Assembly (NCBI RefSeq): GCF_009914755.1
Contig: NC_060926.1
Length of the DNA: 64,000 bases
Reading direction: 5' to 3' (one strand)
Source of the DNA: the human T2T-CHM13v2.0 reference genome, Homo sapiens
The translations under genes were made by a program, and so were the position numbers. The number at the start of each line of letters is the position of its first letter. Within the stretch, counting starts at the first letter, position 1. The notes under the pieces were generated by a model. That model did not search any database, had not been told where the DNA came from, and was given only the letters and a program-made list of their open reading frames with translations. This document shows positions 1 through 19,287 of this stretch, in pieces.

Positions 1-494
<494 letters not shown>

Positions 495-3400
495 AAGAGT
501 GTTCTTTTAGACTGGAATAAACTGGAGACAACTTTTACTATTTGGGAAAAAACACACAGCACAGGGTCCTGTCTGTCCTCATTTGCGTGCATGAACCCCC
601 ATCTCTGGACTTGCACCTAGAAACCCCAGGTGTTCCCATCACCCCAGAGTCTACCACACACTCCAAAGTGCAAGCCTAGACCCCAGGTGGAGCTGGGGGT
701 CCGACAGGGGCCCCAAGTCTTGGGAGGGTCTTGGGGACCAAAGTCTGTCACAATGACACCCCTTCACCATCAGGGCTTTATGCAGGGAGTCCGCTGGACG
801 CCTCCATCTCATTTGCTTGTCTCCAAGGCCTTGCCCCAGGCCAGACCCCACTACTGATCCTACTGACCACAAGGGAGGTAGAAGCCCAGACGGCCCACTG
901 GGGAGTCACACAACCACTCCAGCTTCAGTTTCTTCCTTTGTGGATGGGACGTATAATACTCTCACCTGTCCACAGTGATGATGGCATGCAGCCAGTATGC
1001 AGGAAACAATGCCATTATGTTTAAGTTAATATTTGACAAGGGCTTCCCTGTAGCAGGAAGAGCCTGCCTTTCTCTCCTCGGCTCCCCAGCCCTGACCCCT
1101 GTCAGCCCTTGGCAGGTCCACAACCCTGCGGCCTCTTTAGGAGGTGGCAGCCTCTCAGAAGCCCGGGTGCTGGGCCTCTTCCACAGCACAAGAACAGCAG
1201 TAGGCTGAGTCCCTCCAGTGGTCTCCGCAGGAGCAGAACCTGGAGCCCCACCTGAGTGGGCAGCCTCTCCAGCACATTTCGATTTCGTCTTCACCACAGC
1301 CCCAGCGGCAGAGATCATGACCCCTGTTTCAGATGAGGAAACCGGGATTCCAAGAATTCAGTGAGACTTGCCCAAGGGTAGGAATGTGCGGGGGTGGGGG
1401 ATAGACTCAAACTCAGCTGTCTAGAGCTTTCTACCGCACCCAGAGTTGCTGCCTGGCATGAGAATCTTACAAGTGGCCCTGGGCAGCAGAGGCCATCTTT
1501 GACACCCTCCTCCTCTCCTTTAGCAGCCCCTCCTGCCTCCCCCATCCTCCATCCTGGACAGGTACCCCTGCCCACCTGCCCTGCACAAACACCCAGCGAG
1601 GCTGCACATCTGCACTCTTAATCCTAAAAGGAGGCTTGCCAAACAGGCAGCTTTAGGAAAACACAACAAACCAGGGTGGCATCCAAAAGGAAGCCATCCT
1701 CCCGTGGGTGCCCCTCACCTGGGACGGGAGCTGCCCACCTGACTCTCTCCACCCAATCCACTTGCTGTGTGAGCTCCCACAGTCACGTCCACATCTCAGT
1801 CCTCAACCTAGCACACTCCTCCCGCACGGGACACATGCAGAAAGTCCTGAGGGCAGGTGAGTCCCTGCCTCACCACCCCTCTAAGCACCTGCCACTATAC
1901 TTGGTGGTTTCTTCACCATCTCCCCTGGTGAGAATGTCAGCTCCAGGAGAGCAGGGGCTTGGTTCTGCTGACTCCTGGGTCCCCACTCCCTAGAACAGTG
2001 CCCAGTATATGGTGGTGCTCAATATTTGTTGCATGAATAAAGGAATGAACACACAAACTTCATCATATGCCAGTGGTGAAAAGTTAAGCCCAGAGACAGA
2101 AAAAAACTTATAGTTTATGGTGGGAGTAGTCAAGATTCACTCTAAAGCTCTCTGATTCCCAAGCCCAAACCCTCCACCCCTGTACACTGCACCCACACAC
2201 ATGCATGCACATACACTCACTGCCCCGGGTCTGTGAACGTCATAAGCCTGATCAACCCCAGGCTCAGGAGGGATTAGCTGTCTATAGAGGCCTGTAATGG
2301 ACACTCTGGGGACAGGGGCTAGGAAGCGGGGCCATGCAGGAAGAAGGTGCCACATGTGGGCTCAAGGTGCCGCTCTGCCACAGAGCTGGCATTCAATGAG
2401 CACTTGCTATGCCCCAAGCACCTGCCTGGGGCTTTACTTCCCACAACACATGTGTGAAGAGGAACTGTTCTTATTCCCTATTTGATACATGAAGAAACAG
2501 GGCTCAGGAAGGGTCTGCAGCATGTCAGGGAAACCCAGAGCCTGTGCACGCCTGTGCATGCTGTTCCTTACAGAGATATGAGGACAGAGGGCCTACCTCC
2601 AAGGGTAGGACTCAGGGATTCTAGAACCTCAGGGACAGTCACACAGCTTGTAAGGGACCAGCTGGGCTGGACGCTGAGTCCAGGGACAAGGACCTGGTCA
2701 GATGCCAGTGAGAAGGGAGCCCCGATGTGGTGATCTTGAAGAGGGCGCAGAGAGTTCAAGCCTCAGCTTCTCCAAGAATCCTTGCGATCCATAGATCTTC
2801 CTGGCCTTCACAACTTCATGAAATATGGAGGGAATCTACCACCCAGGCACCCCTTCTCTTCAGAGAGCTGGCATCCTCAATGTCCTCACACCTCTCTCCA
2901 CACCTTGGACCATGCCTGCACCTCCTGGAATGCCTTCTCCTTCCCCATGCCCCATGCAGCCTACCAAGTAGGCTGTGCCTGGACAAGTAGCCTGTGCCTG
3001 GCTTGGTCCCTGCATGAGCCAGAAGGCTGTACTCAGGCCATCCAGGGCCCCTGGGGGATTGGGGAAGTCTGGAAGCCATGCTTCCAACCTCCCATGCCCA
3101 CACGCCTTTACCGAACACCCAAGAACCCACACACACCTGGGCCCACCCACAGAAGATGCCCAGCTCAGAAGCCTTCCCTGCAGGGTGAGATGAACCATCT
3201 ACATAAGTAACTCGGGTCCAGGGGAAGCTGAGACTGGAGAGATACAGGAAGAGCCTGAACAGGTTCAGAGGGAAGAGGCCCAGAGCAGGGAGGTACAGAC
3301 AGAGACAGAGAAAAAGACAAGACAGTAGCCGGCAGGGAAGAACCTCAGACATTCAAGGACAGAAGGACAGAGATGGGCCCCAAGATGGACAGAGATGGGA

Positions 3401-5858
3401 ATGTGGGTAGAGGGGGGCATCTTTGTGCTAGGGCCTGGGAAGGGGGCGGGACCCCTGCAAAGTCAGTGGCCAAGGTGAGGAGACCAGGGCCTCTGGGTGG
3501 GCTCCCAGTGCCATCACTGAGGGCCTGGGTGACTTGGGCAGGTGGCTGGGCCTGCCTATGCCCCCATTGTCCTTTCTATTACAGGGACCATGCACCCACT
3601 CTCAGGTGTAGCATTGCTGCTTCTGAGGTTGCTGCAAATATAAGGCTTGGTGTACAGGCCTGGCTCCTCCGGAGGAGGCTAAGGTGGCTACTGTGTGAGG
3701 AGACCTTGACCACGCAGCTGAGCATAGTGCAATTCATGGCCATGCATCAAGGCTCTAGGAATCGCCACCACTGCACCTTCCTTTAGCGAGCCTCTTCTCG
3801 GCATGTCAGCGCTGTGCTGGGCACTGACAACCCTGGGCCCTCCCTCTGCCCAGCTGGCCCTCCCCACTATCCAGCCTGCACCCCTCCAGCATGCTCAGGA
3901 CCTGCCGGGAGGGAGGGACAGCATGCACACTCCCACCCTGCCAGAGCCTTCCTCCTGTGCTCACTGTCAGCCCAGCGTGGTCAGAGAAAGGCCCAGCTCC
4001 GTCAGGCCGGCTCCATGAGGACTCCCAAGCCGTGGGCCTTCAGGGGCCAGCAGGCCAGATCCCCACCCCCTCAGCTGTCCTTCTCCCCAGGCGCCCCATC
4101 CCGCGAGGGGCCCAGCCTGCCAACCTCTAATCCTCCCCGTCATCTGACCCAGGCTCCACCCTACACTGGCTTTGCCTAGCCACTCTTCTGAGGCCCAAAA
4201 ATGGACACAATCATTTATAGAGGGTTCGACAAGCCAAACGCAATGGGAAGATGACCTCATGGCGCCCACAGGCTCAAGCTCCCAGCACACACAGTGCACC
4301 CCACGCATTCCGGGGGCAGTGGCCAGGGGGCCAGGAGCAATGGTGCCATGCTGGAGGCCCTGGCAACCCTTCCAATTTATTCTCATACCCTCCTCACACC
4401 AAGGCCACAGGCCATGGGACCTTCAAGAAAAAGCTCCAGACAGGCCAGACACATGCACCCTGCCTGAGACAGCATCGGGGACTCAGCCCAGGAGGCACTG
4501 GGCCTGTGTCCAGGCAGGATTTGATGAATGAGTGATGGCAGAGAACAAACAACACAAATCAATCCACCATCAGCCTGCGTCAGGCCCAAATCCCTTGTTC
4601 AAAAACATTCACTAAGCACCGACTGGGGCCAGGTAACATCCTCAATGCACACACCTGGATGTGCCCTGCCGTGCCCTCAGGGATCAGCCAGACCAGTGGT
4701 GGAGGCAGAAGGGTCAACAGGTAACAACAGTCAAAAAAGAGCTGGCTTGGGGACCCTACAAGAGTGCAGGCTGCCCTTGACCACACTGTCACCCTCACAG
4801 TCTGGATGTTTGTTTGGGCTGGAAGTGGATGTGGGAAGGCCGGGGGTGAAGGGTGGATGCAAGATACGGGCCCTTCTTCCTACGCCAGGACGCCAGGACT
4901 CTCCCAGCCTCCCAGCACAGCTCCTGCCATCCTTGCTCAGGAAACGTCTTCCTGTAGCCACAGGGAAACTGGAATTGCCCTATTACCCACTGATTTCACC
5001 AAGGCAAGGTAGGTATAGTGGTGGGGCTGCCTGTAAGAGACTAGGATTCCAGTTTCATTGACAGTGGGAGTTAGAGGCGGCACTGATCACCAACAGAAGA
5101 CACTGAGGATGACCCTCCAATGATGGCACAGACTCTACAGGAAGGCACACAGCAGAGGCTGCTGTGGGTTGAGGCATGGGGCTTCCTGCGAGCAGGGCCT
5201 GCAACCCAAAGGGAGGGGAAGGCTACTTTCAGAGACCTGGCCTGGATGCCTGTCATGATGGTCATGCTGCCTTGGTTTCTGATGGCGGGAGGGTCCCTAA
5301 CTAGTCTCCGGCAGGCAGAGAGCAGCTGGAACACTAAACAACTCCAGTCCCAGGAAGCCCGGCATGGGCAAGGTCAGCTGTTGGCCAAGACCAGCATGCC
5401 TAGCTGACCAACTGTCAGCCAACTGCCCGTGGCCACAGAACAGGGGCTCAAGAGAGAGGGATGGTGGCTCAGGAGCTCAGTGATACATCACCACCTCCTT
5501 GGAGGGGACACAGCCCATGCCTACTGCCCCGAGAATGACATCAAAGATGCTGCTGCAGAGAAAAGACAACCAGGGCAAAGGAGACACACCAAGAGCCTTG
5601 GGGAGCCAGGAAGGGGTGGGACACCAGTGGGAAGGGGGCAGGGAACACAGCTCAGCTAACCTCCCTTCCCATTCATCTCCCTGGCCCTTTAGGGAAGGAA
5701 GCAGGCTCTGGCCCAGGGCTGCCTGCTCCAGGCACACAGATGGATTACCCAGTCATGGCAGCCCGGAGCAGGGGTGGCTGCATCTGTGCTGCCACCCCCC
5801 CCACCCCACAACCTGAAGTCTTCCCAGCCCCCAGCCAGCTATTCCTGGGGCTTTAATC

Positions 5859-5893
5859 CCTCCTCCTCCTCCTCCTCCTCCTCCTCCTCCTCC
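5859..5893. repeat. (CCT)n microsatellite
   Basis: About 11-12 consecutive CCT units. Confidence 0.9.
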
Positions 5894-6389
5894 TTCCCTG
5901 GGGTGGGGGGTTGGGGAGCTGGGTCTGGGCAAACCTGGACTTGGCTGAGGGCCCTTCCTTCAATGCACACCCACCCACCTCCTTAGCCAGGAAACACAGG
6001 GATGAGCAGTAGGACTCTGAGGGAGGTATGGGGAAGCTTTAGGCGCCCCCCTCTCCCCCATCCCCCAGCAATCACGTGGTTGCATCCTTAGGGAGCCCGC
6101 GGGTCTCAGAAGCAAAAGTCATTGTTTATAAACAGCCACCAGGCCTGGCAGGGGAAGGCCGGCCTGTCCCTGCGCCTCCACCCGGCGGCCGCGCAGCGGG
6201 TGGGAGAGGGGGCAGGCCTGGCCGCGGGGCACTGGGGGGCCACCCTGGCAGAAACACAGATTCTGCAATCTCAGATTTCAGAGTTGGAGTCGTCAGGGGA
6301 AGTGGCGTCAGCAGCTGGCGTGATCCAATTCAATAAACCAGAGGTGGCTTGGGATAGACAGCTGACCGGGTGCAGACCCCCGCCCCTCA

Positions 6390-7600
<1,211 letters not shown>

Positions 7601-8060
7601 CCCTCCGGACAATAAGCTGCCTTTTAAAGGGCCACTCCGGGCGCCGGCACCGCCAGGTCCGCGAGGAGGGAGGGGCGCGCGCGGCGCTGGGGCTGCGGCG
7701 AGCGGGACTCCCCTGACGCTCCTGCTGCACCGCCCCGGGGCGGGGACTAATCCGCCGGCCTGGCGTCTTGGTCTTCCCCGCAAGCAGTAATCTCCTGCAA
7801 CCCAGGAAAGGAGACTAGGTGGAGGAGAGGAGTGCTTTCGAAATCAAAGAGAAAGTGCGGCGAAGGGGGTGCGGCCCTGAACAGAGGAGCCGCGGCTGCT
7901 GGGAGAGCGCGCCCGGAGCCCCCTCCTTTTCCAGGGGCTCACCTCCCGCCCGGTGCCCGGTGCCCGACGCTCCGCCTCCTCCCAGCCTTCGGCCCTCGGG
8001 TTTTCGCCCGGATACCCTAGGCGCCTCCGGGACATCTCCACATCTTTGCCTACGGCGCCT
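7601..8060 (-). promoter_or_regulatory. BIN1: BIN1 proximal promoter
   Basis: TTTAAAA TATA-like element at 7622-7628 (minus), GC box GGGGCGGGG at 7737-7745, E2F-like TTTCGCCC at 8002-8009, all within the CpG island directly upstream of exon 1. Confidence 0.75.
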
Positions 8061-8886
8061 AGCCCAGTACCAACCGGTGCTTGGTCTTCCCGTTCGCTAA
8101 AAATTTATTATAATAACAACAACCTAGCATTACTGAGTGCTTACTGTGTACTAAGTGACTTGACAGGCATTATTTCATTCGGTCTCCGTGGCCCTAGAGG
8201 TAGGTGCTATTACTGTTCCTACTTTACAACCAACGCGCCGGGATCGAGGAACGAGATCTCTGCCTCTGTCTCCCAGGTGCTCCACCACCATACGCCGGGT
8301 TGTCTCCTACCCCCAGCAGGAAGGAATGATTAGTGATCATTATTCCTGGAGAAGATAAGGTTATTGCTAACCAGCTTTGCCAATAGACCAATGACACTTC
8401 TTTTAAGTTAATAAATACGTATTGAGTCTGCTGATACCCACCCCCATTCAGCCCTAAAACATGTCAGGGGCTACAGCACTTTGCTGCCCCTGGAAATTTC
8501 TCAAGAACTGTTGATTGAGTTGAGCAGAGAGATAGGTCCCGCTGAAGAGGCCTAGACGTGCCTGGTGCACACACAGGAGCCAGGGCTATGGCCTGCAGGA
8601 CCCGCAGCGGTCAGAGGAGCAGAGCTGGCCAGGGACAGAGGTCCCTGAGAGGCTTCCTGGAGGAACAGGAAGGGCTCTTGCAGACCACAAACCAAGCAGT
8701 TTGTACAAATGGAGAAATCGAGTCCCAGGAATGAGAGGTTCAGCCTGGGTTCACACAGGCCATTCCCTCTTCCCTGGAAGGCCCTCCTGCTCTTTCTCCG
8801 GCTACTCGGGGTTCTTCCACCACCGCTCAGTGCTGCCCCATGGCCCAGTGTGTTCGTCTGTCCTCTTCCGGGCCTATTATCATGAT

Positions 8887-9507
<621 letters not shown>

Positions 9508-10282
9508 TATTCTTATTCCGCAGGAAGACAGACTGAGGCGCCGCTGATGTAGGTCACACAGACAGCAAATGATAAGCAGAGATTCTGCATCAAGCCTTCC
9601 TGCACCAAAGCCCTCAAAAGCACCAAGCGCTGCATGAGTGAAAAGCATCTGTCAAAATTATTATAAACTCATGCCCGATTTGTGAGTCACAAAAGCAAAA
9701 CCTACACAGTCTGGGCTTCTAAAGCAGCTTCCTCCTAAAAGCTCAACATGCTTTCAGCTCATGATTTCCTTCCTCCTCATTTTCTGTTGGTCGTTTTTCT
9801 AACCATTCTCTAAAAACGATTTCTTCCAACACTCCTCTGAGGAAAGGAGGAAATGAGCAAAGTCAAATTGCATTACAGTCAGCCCCCAGGGAACAGTGGG
9901 AGATTCCGCTTCACTGGACTCTGGTGTTTCTAAATATCGCTTGACAGAAAAATTGGAAGCAACGGAAGTGTTCCTTAGAGGGATGGGGTCAGCTGTGACA
10001 GCACAGCCACAGGAGGGGCCATTGGGAATCATTTAAAACAACCATTACCGAGACTACGTAGCAACAAGAAAATAATGCTTAGGGCATAATTATGAAGGAA
10101 AGGAAAAGATAGGAAATTGTACTTGCAACCATATAAAAATAAATTAAAATAAATTAAAAGCTCATGATCAATGTCTTGAAAGAACAATGCATAAAGGAAG
10201 CAGATGTGTTAGGGTCCAGGCATTAAGGCTGACTTCTTTCCCCCTTAATTTCCTTAATATTCTATAATATGACATAATGCCT

Positions 10283-10555
<273 letters not shown>

Positions 10556-11734
10556 GAATCACAGCTCTGTTTTTTTAGAGGTGATTCTTTATCAGATCGC
10601 TAGATTAGAAAGACATTTCTAAACACAAAAGCACTGGAGAATATATTGAAATTTTAAAATGCTTGCTTTGAGGTACATAAAAATTAGAATTCTTAAACTT
10701 CAGAAAATACCATAAAAACATAGGATAAAAGTTTGGGAGGAAATGATCTAAAAATGTTAGTACAAGTTCAAGGGGTAGAATGTAGATTTTTACTTTTTTC
10801 TGTATAATTTTCTATAGTATGTTATTTTTTTTTACCATGACAGCCCGTTATTTTAATTACCAGGAAAAGAGTTATTCCCATTTTGAAAATAAGTTTGACA
10901 TAAAAATTAAACTGTAAGAAACTAGGGAAAATTTTTTTGGCAATAAAATAGAACTCTTACAAATTCATAAGAAAAACATTAAAACCCCAATATATAGTAG
11001 ACAATTTATAAAATTAGATATTCAAATAATTAATAAATAGGTTTTCGAAAGTCAGACTTACCAGACAAAAAGAAAGTTTCATTAAATCAATGAAATACCA
11101 TTTCTGTTTTCATTTTCATCAAATCAACAAATTATTTTTTAAATTATGTTACTTAATAAAACCATAGAGACAGAAACTCACATTCTACTTCTGAGAGTGT
11201 AAACAGATAACAGAATTTCTAGAAAGCAATCTTGTAATAGAATAAGAATAACCAAAATATCCATATTCTTCCACCCTATAATTCCAAGTCTATGATTTAA
11301 TTCAAAAATTTGGCAAAGCTTTCACCACACAGATGTTCATCACATTATTTATAATAATGCAAAACTGAACACATCTAAATATCACCACCTGAATGCCAAA
11401 TGATTAACTAAACTATAGTATGGCCATGTATGAAATGTTTACCAAAAGAATATGTTCTTGAAGTTTCTCATGATAGGGAAATGTGATGTTAACAGGATAA
11501 TACAGTTTAATGTAAACAGTATCGTGCCAGCCGCGATCCAAAACGTGATTGATATCTCCAGGTGGAGCAATTCGGGGTGGGGTTTTTTTCTCCTACTTCT
11601 TTTTCTTTTTATTTTCCAAACTTTGTACATGTACTCTTTTTGTCATCAGAAAGAAGTGCTATTAAAAATACAAATTGAAATGAGGACAATGTCCCCTGGG
11701 GCAATAGTTGGGAAACCTCAGTGTGGCAGAATAG

Positions 11735-12930
<1,196 letters not shown>

Positions 12931-13534
12931 TTTGGGAAATGATTTTTTTAAAACCATGAAGAACAGAGGCAAGCAAAGGACAGTCCTCCTATCCCTTGGA
13001 GAGAAAAGATCACCTGCCCCATTTTCTTCTCCAACTCAAGAATTGATTAAGAGGCTCCGAGCTAGCAATATTACTATCCTCATCATCATTCTATCTTACA
13101 AAGCAATTTTTGTTTATACTATTTTGGCTATCATAATAATCCTGCATTTGATAGAACTTTTGCTCACCTTTTATAGATGGAAACTTGGAAAAAGTAGGCT
13201 TACCTGAAGGCACTTAGCTGGTGGGTCCTGTACTGAGATCAGTTAGTACTTGGTCATCTGTGGTGTCTGGAACAGACCAGCTTTGTACCTCCCTCCTGAG
13301 ACAGCCAACTTCACCTCTTACAGAGACAGGGAGGGGGCTGTCTTGCTCAGGATGCAGAAGATTCTAAGGCAGCACCAGTTATTTCAGGGCAGCGTTAAGT
13401 GTGATGTGGTATTCAGGAAGGGCTCCCTGACTCAAATTGTCCTCCATCTTTCTCACATGTAAAATGCCACCACTCTCAAGTTCCATGATATTTTGGAAAG
13501 GGCAGATAGACCTGGGTTCAGAAATCAGCTCCTC

Positions 13535-13840
13535 GGCTCGGTGCAGTGGCTCATGCCTGTAATCCCAGCATTTTGGGAGGCTGAGGCAGGCAGATTGCTT
13601 GAGCTCATGAGTTCAAGACCAGTCTGGGCAACATGGTGAAATCCTGTCTCTACCAAAAAATTTAAAAAATTAGCTGAGCGTGGTGGTGTGCTCCTGTAGT
13701 CCCAGCTATTTGGGAGGCTGAGATGTGAGGATTACTTGAGCCCAAGAAGCTGCAGTGAGCCAAGATTGCACCACTGCACTCCAGCATGGGTGTCAGAGCC
13801 AGACCCTGTCTCGCAAAAAAAAGAAAAAAAGAAAAGAAAA
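13535..13840 (+). mobile_element. AluJ-like
   Basis: Diverged Alu with ttgagcccaag and gtgaggattac. Near-TSD aatcagctcctc / aatcagctactc. Confidence 0.88.
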
Positions 13841-14517
13841 GTAATCAGCTACTCCATTTACCACTTTTCCATCCTTGGATATGTTATTCAAGCTGTTCAA
13901 GCCTCATCTATAATGTGGGGGTAAATTAACCTCTAGGTTATTGTGGAAATAGTGAACACTATATTTACAGCCCCTGGAATATCAGAAGTGACTCTGTAGA
14001 TGGTGGCTATCTATAGTGGGTAGCAGATGCTATAACTGTGGTGTGCCCTGCCCATTGTCCTGCTTTCCTTTGGAGCTCCTTCCTCGGTGGGTGTGCTTTG
14101 ATGAGCCCTGTCTCTTACACTGTGATGTGCACATAGCCCAGGCTTGAGGATGAGCACATGAAGTTTGGGCTCCCTTGGGAAAAGCCCAAGAAGAGCTTTC
14201 CTAGGATGCTCTATACTTGTAGGACCCATAAGTTCCCTTTTCTTCTAGACTAGCAGAGTTGGGAGGATGTGAGTCTAGAGCTACCAGATGCCAGCTTGCC
14301 CACTACATGAAAGACCTGCCTAGAAGTTGAGGTCAAGACGAGTGAAGAGACGGAGAAACAGGGACAGAGAGAAATGGAATTAATGACATTTCTTAAGAAC
14401 CTGGTCCCAGTGATGCCCAAATCCTGGCCACTCCCACCACGTACTATCAGCCATAGGAACCAATACATTTTTTTCTTGCTAAAGCCAATTTGAGGCCACT
14501 TGCAAGAAGTGTTATGA

Positions 14518-14852
<335 letters not shown>

Positions 14853-15397
14853 AATATACCATTATCTTAATAAAGACCTTCAGAGAGCCAACTCTAATGC
14901 ATTTGTTATGCTATAGGTATCATCAAGCTAGTCTCTCCTGAGTGCCTGCACCTGACCCATCAGTATTAATATGGAGTGTCCAAACTAGGACAATTTTGAG
15001 TGAAAGGGGAAAAAAATAATTACACCTAGGTAGCAGGTGTAAGCCAGAACTGTCCTGGGCAAATGGACGTATGAGTAGGTGGTTGAAGGGGTAGGAGTTC
15101 AGAATGAAGGTTGGCAAAGAGGCTAAGGACATTGTACACTGTGCTCGGGTTGGCACCAAACACTGAGGCTTGTGCAGACTCCCCAGCCTGTCCAGCTTTC
15201 CTTGAGGCGATCCTTGCAGAGACAAAAAGACAACTCCCCACAGAACCATCTGGAAGGCCCTGTCCCTGGGCTTCTAAGGGGCCCAGATGTTTAGATCCAA
15301 TTTCAGCAGACCGTGTAGGAGAGACCTGTGGAGTGAGCCAGTGAGTGGATCCCCCAACTAATTCCAGGATATTAGCAAGGCCTCCAGGAATGAGTTA

Positions 15398-15835
<438 letters not shown>

Positions 15836-16633
15836 CTAAAAAGTAGTAGACTGAGATGCTGACGACGACACACAGGCTTTAGGCCAAAGGCCCTGGCTCC
15901 ATCGGTATGAGTACTGTGGCCCTGGGCCAGTCACTGCCTGCTTCCTTTAAGTGGGGCCTTCATACTCACCAGGAAAGGCTGCCGATGAGGATTAGGGGTA
16001 CCAGGCAGTCCCTGGTAGGGCTGATTGAGCTTGGTAAAGCATAGTTGCTATTATGACATAGCGGCTGTTAGTCCCTTAGTTAATCTAGTATGTGCCCGCA
16101 TTGCTGGTGAGACACAGGGGGCAGACCTCTGTTGGCTCTCCAGGTGGTCAAATAAAGGTGCAGAAAAGCAAACAGCCCTTTGCCCAGCACTCCTTCTTTA
16201 ATAAATCACTGCTTAGTTCCTGTAGAAGATTCCAGACTTTGGAAATACTCACTGGAAATTTACCCTAATTATCTATTTAAAAATGGCTTTCTAAACAGAG
16301 TGCTGAGATAAGATGGCCCATCTCCGTGTTTAAGCATTTCTAAAGTCTCGTTTGTTTATCAACACGCCCACAAGCTATGAAGCTACTAAGGTGACTGACC
16401 GGTTCCTTGAAACTGGGCTTCATTTACAAGTTACTAGGTGCACTTTAGGAGGGCAATTTCAGGTGTTTAACCAAAACCTGACAAACATATGCATCTGAGA
16501 TTCTGTCCTTAGAATATAGTCACTAGCGCAGTCATGTCCTCACAATGAGTGAAATAGTGAAAAGTTGGACACAATCTAAATGTCCAGGCGTGGATTGTTA
16601 AATTTGCTTATTTTAAAATTTGGTTTATCCATA

Positions 16634-17062
16634 CAGTTGATCTTTGAACAACATGAGTTTGACCTGCATGGATCCACATATACGTGAATTTCCTTCCGCC
16701 TCTACCACTCCTGAGACAGCGAGACAAACCTCTCCTCTTCCTCTTCCTCTTCCTCCTCAGCCTACTCAGCGTGAAGACCTTTATGATGATCCATGTCCAC
16801 TGAATGAATAGTAAGTATATGTTCTGTTCCTTACAATTTTCTTATAACATTCTCTTTCCTCTAGCTGACTCTAGTGTAAGAATACAGTATATAATACATA
16901 TACAGAATGTGTATTAATCAACTGTTTATGTTATCAGCAAGGCTTCTGATGAACAGTAGGCTATTAATAGTTAAGTTTTGTGGGGGCCAAAAGTCATGCA
17001 CAGATTTTCGGCTGTGTGAGGGGTCAGTGCCCCCAATCGCCACACTGACCAAAGGTCAATTG
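16634..17062 (+). mobile_element. Tigger2a/MER28-like DNA transposon
   Basis: TA on both sides, terminal inverted repeats cagttgatctttg / caaaggtcaattg, about 430 bp. Confidence 0.8.
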
Positions 17063-17088
17063 TATTTTGAATATTAAGCTACCGTTAA

Positions 17089-17441
<353 letters not shown>

Positions 17442-19256
17442 GAGACTTCAAAATTTTTAAAGCCTGCTCTTCCAAAGACACCACTAAGAAAATGAAGAGG
17501 TAATCCACTCAGATAAAACTTTTCATGGTACAGATATCTAATGAAGGACTTGTATCCAAGAACAAATTAAGAATTGTCATAACTCAATAAGGAAAGCAAT
17601 CTTTTTTTTTTAAGGCAAATGATTTGAAAAGACCCTTCACTACAGCAGATATACAAATGGCAGTAAGCATGGGAGAAAATGAGTCTTCATGAGTCTTTAG
17701 GGAAATACAAATTGAAACCACAATGAGTTAACGCCATACACTCACAAAAATGGTTATATTTAAAAGGCGACAACACCCAACGCTGGTGGGAGTGGGAGCA
17801 AATGGAGCTCTCCCCAAAGCCACTGTCCCTTATAGCAGGGTCCTCCTTCAGTCATGATGAATTTCTGCTTTTCTTTTTTCCTCCTGCACCATCTCCTACC
17901 CCAGTTCATTGTACATATCTGAAATCTGATCGTGGGCCCAGCTGCTGTTGTATCCCATGAGAGTCCCTGTGACCACAAATAAATACCTGGATGGAGAGGG
18001 GCTCCCCAACTCCAGAGCCAACATGGCCACCTCAGCCTTGCCCAGACAGCCCCCCAACACCCTACGGGGCTTTGCATGTATCCTTCCTAAAGACATGGGC
18101 ATACATATCTGACTTCCCCAACTCTCCTCCCCGATTTCCTCACCAGGCAACTTGGCAACCTGCCTCACCTTTACAGACACGCGCAGGTGTCACCTCCTCC
18201 AGGGAGATCTCTTTGACTCATCTCAGGTGGGGCTAAATGGCCCTCGTCTATCCTCCCCCGGGGTCCTGCGCTTGCCTTTCTCACAGACCCAGCACCCCTC
18301 CAAAACAGTCGTTCTGCAATAGTGGGGGAAAGGTGCCCTGGGACCCAATTCTTAACTCTGGCCATGAACGAGGGTACATCTACTGGGATTCCCTTTGCCT
18401 GGTGAGGATTGGAGTTGGGGGAGGAGGTTATGAAATATCCTCCTGCTCAGAGGCCACGTTGAGAAGTGACAACTCCTTGTACAGAATGTGGGCTGTCTTT
18501 CAGTAGAAGTGATGCTCAGAACCGCGGCCTCCAACTGTGGCTCCTGGGGGCAGGGCTGGGCCTGCTTAGCTCTGACCCCCAGTGCCCTCCCTGAAGCTGG
18601 CCGCAGATCAGGCACCCAACAAATGTATAGACGTGGTCCACCCAACCTCAGGGAAGGGTCTCAGCACCAGCAGGGTGGGGCCCACCTGGAGCTGGGGACT
18701 CATCCTCCAAAGTCACCCACTTATCTGTCTTTTTGCTTATGTCCTGCCCTGTCACCTCGTCTCTCTCTGTTACTGATATTTGGCATGGGTGTGATCTTAG
18801 GGTTTTATAAGTCACTGGACATGTTTGACTCACTTTTTCCCTGCTGACCTGTACTGCTTCCAAAGCTGGCTTCTATCTACCCACCACCTCATTATTGTGT
18901 TCTGGGCACGGGAGGAAGTGCAGGGCCCAGTGAGCCTGATTGGCAGGACCTCGGGTGGCAGCATGGCAGGACAGACAGAGATGAACATTCACCAGAGCGC
19001 AGGTGGTCCACGTCACTCTTGCAGTGAAATCATGTTTCTCGCATTTTAGATTTTACAGAAGAGGACACAGAACATAATCATTGTTTTTGTTCATTCTAAG
19101 TAAACATCTGACAATGCTCAATTCAATGGGTTCTGTCCCACAACACAACAATGCTGCCTTAAATAAAAAATGCCTGAAAATATATGCATCTCCACTCACA
19201 ATCCTGTCTGTGCAAGAAACACTTGACTTCCTCGACTCTTGTCTTTCAAGTCCTTC

Positions 19257-19259
<3 letters not shown>

Positions 19260-19287
<28 letters not shown>

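Noticed and set aside
2816-5816. Clusters of 100-180 aa ORFs in BIN1 intron 1
   Set aside because: No recognisable homology or domain, and expected by chance in GC-rich intron.
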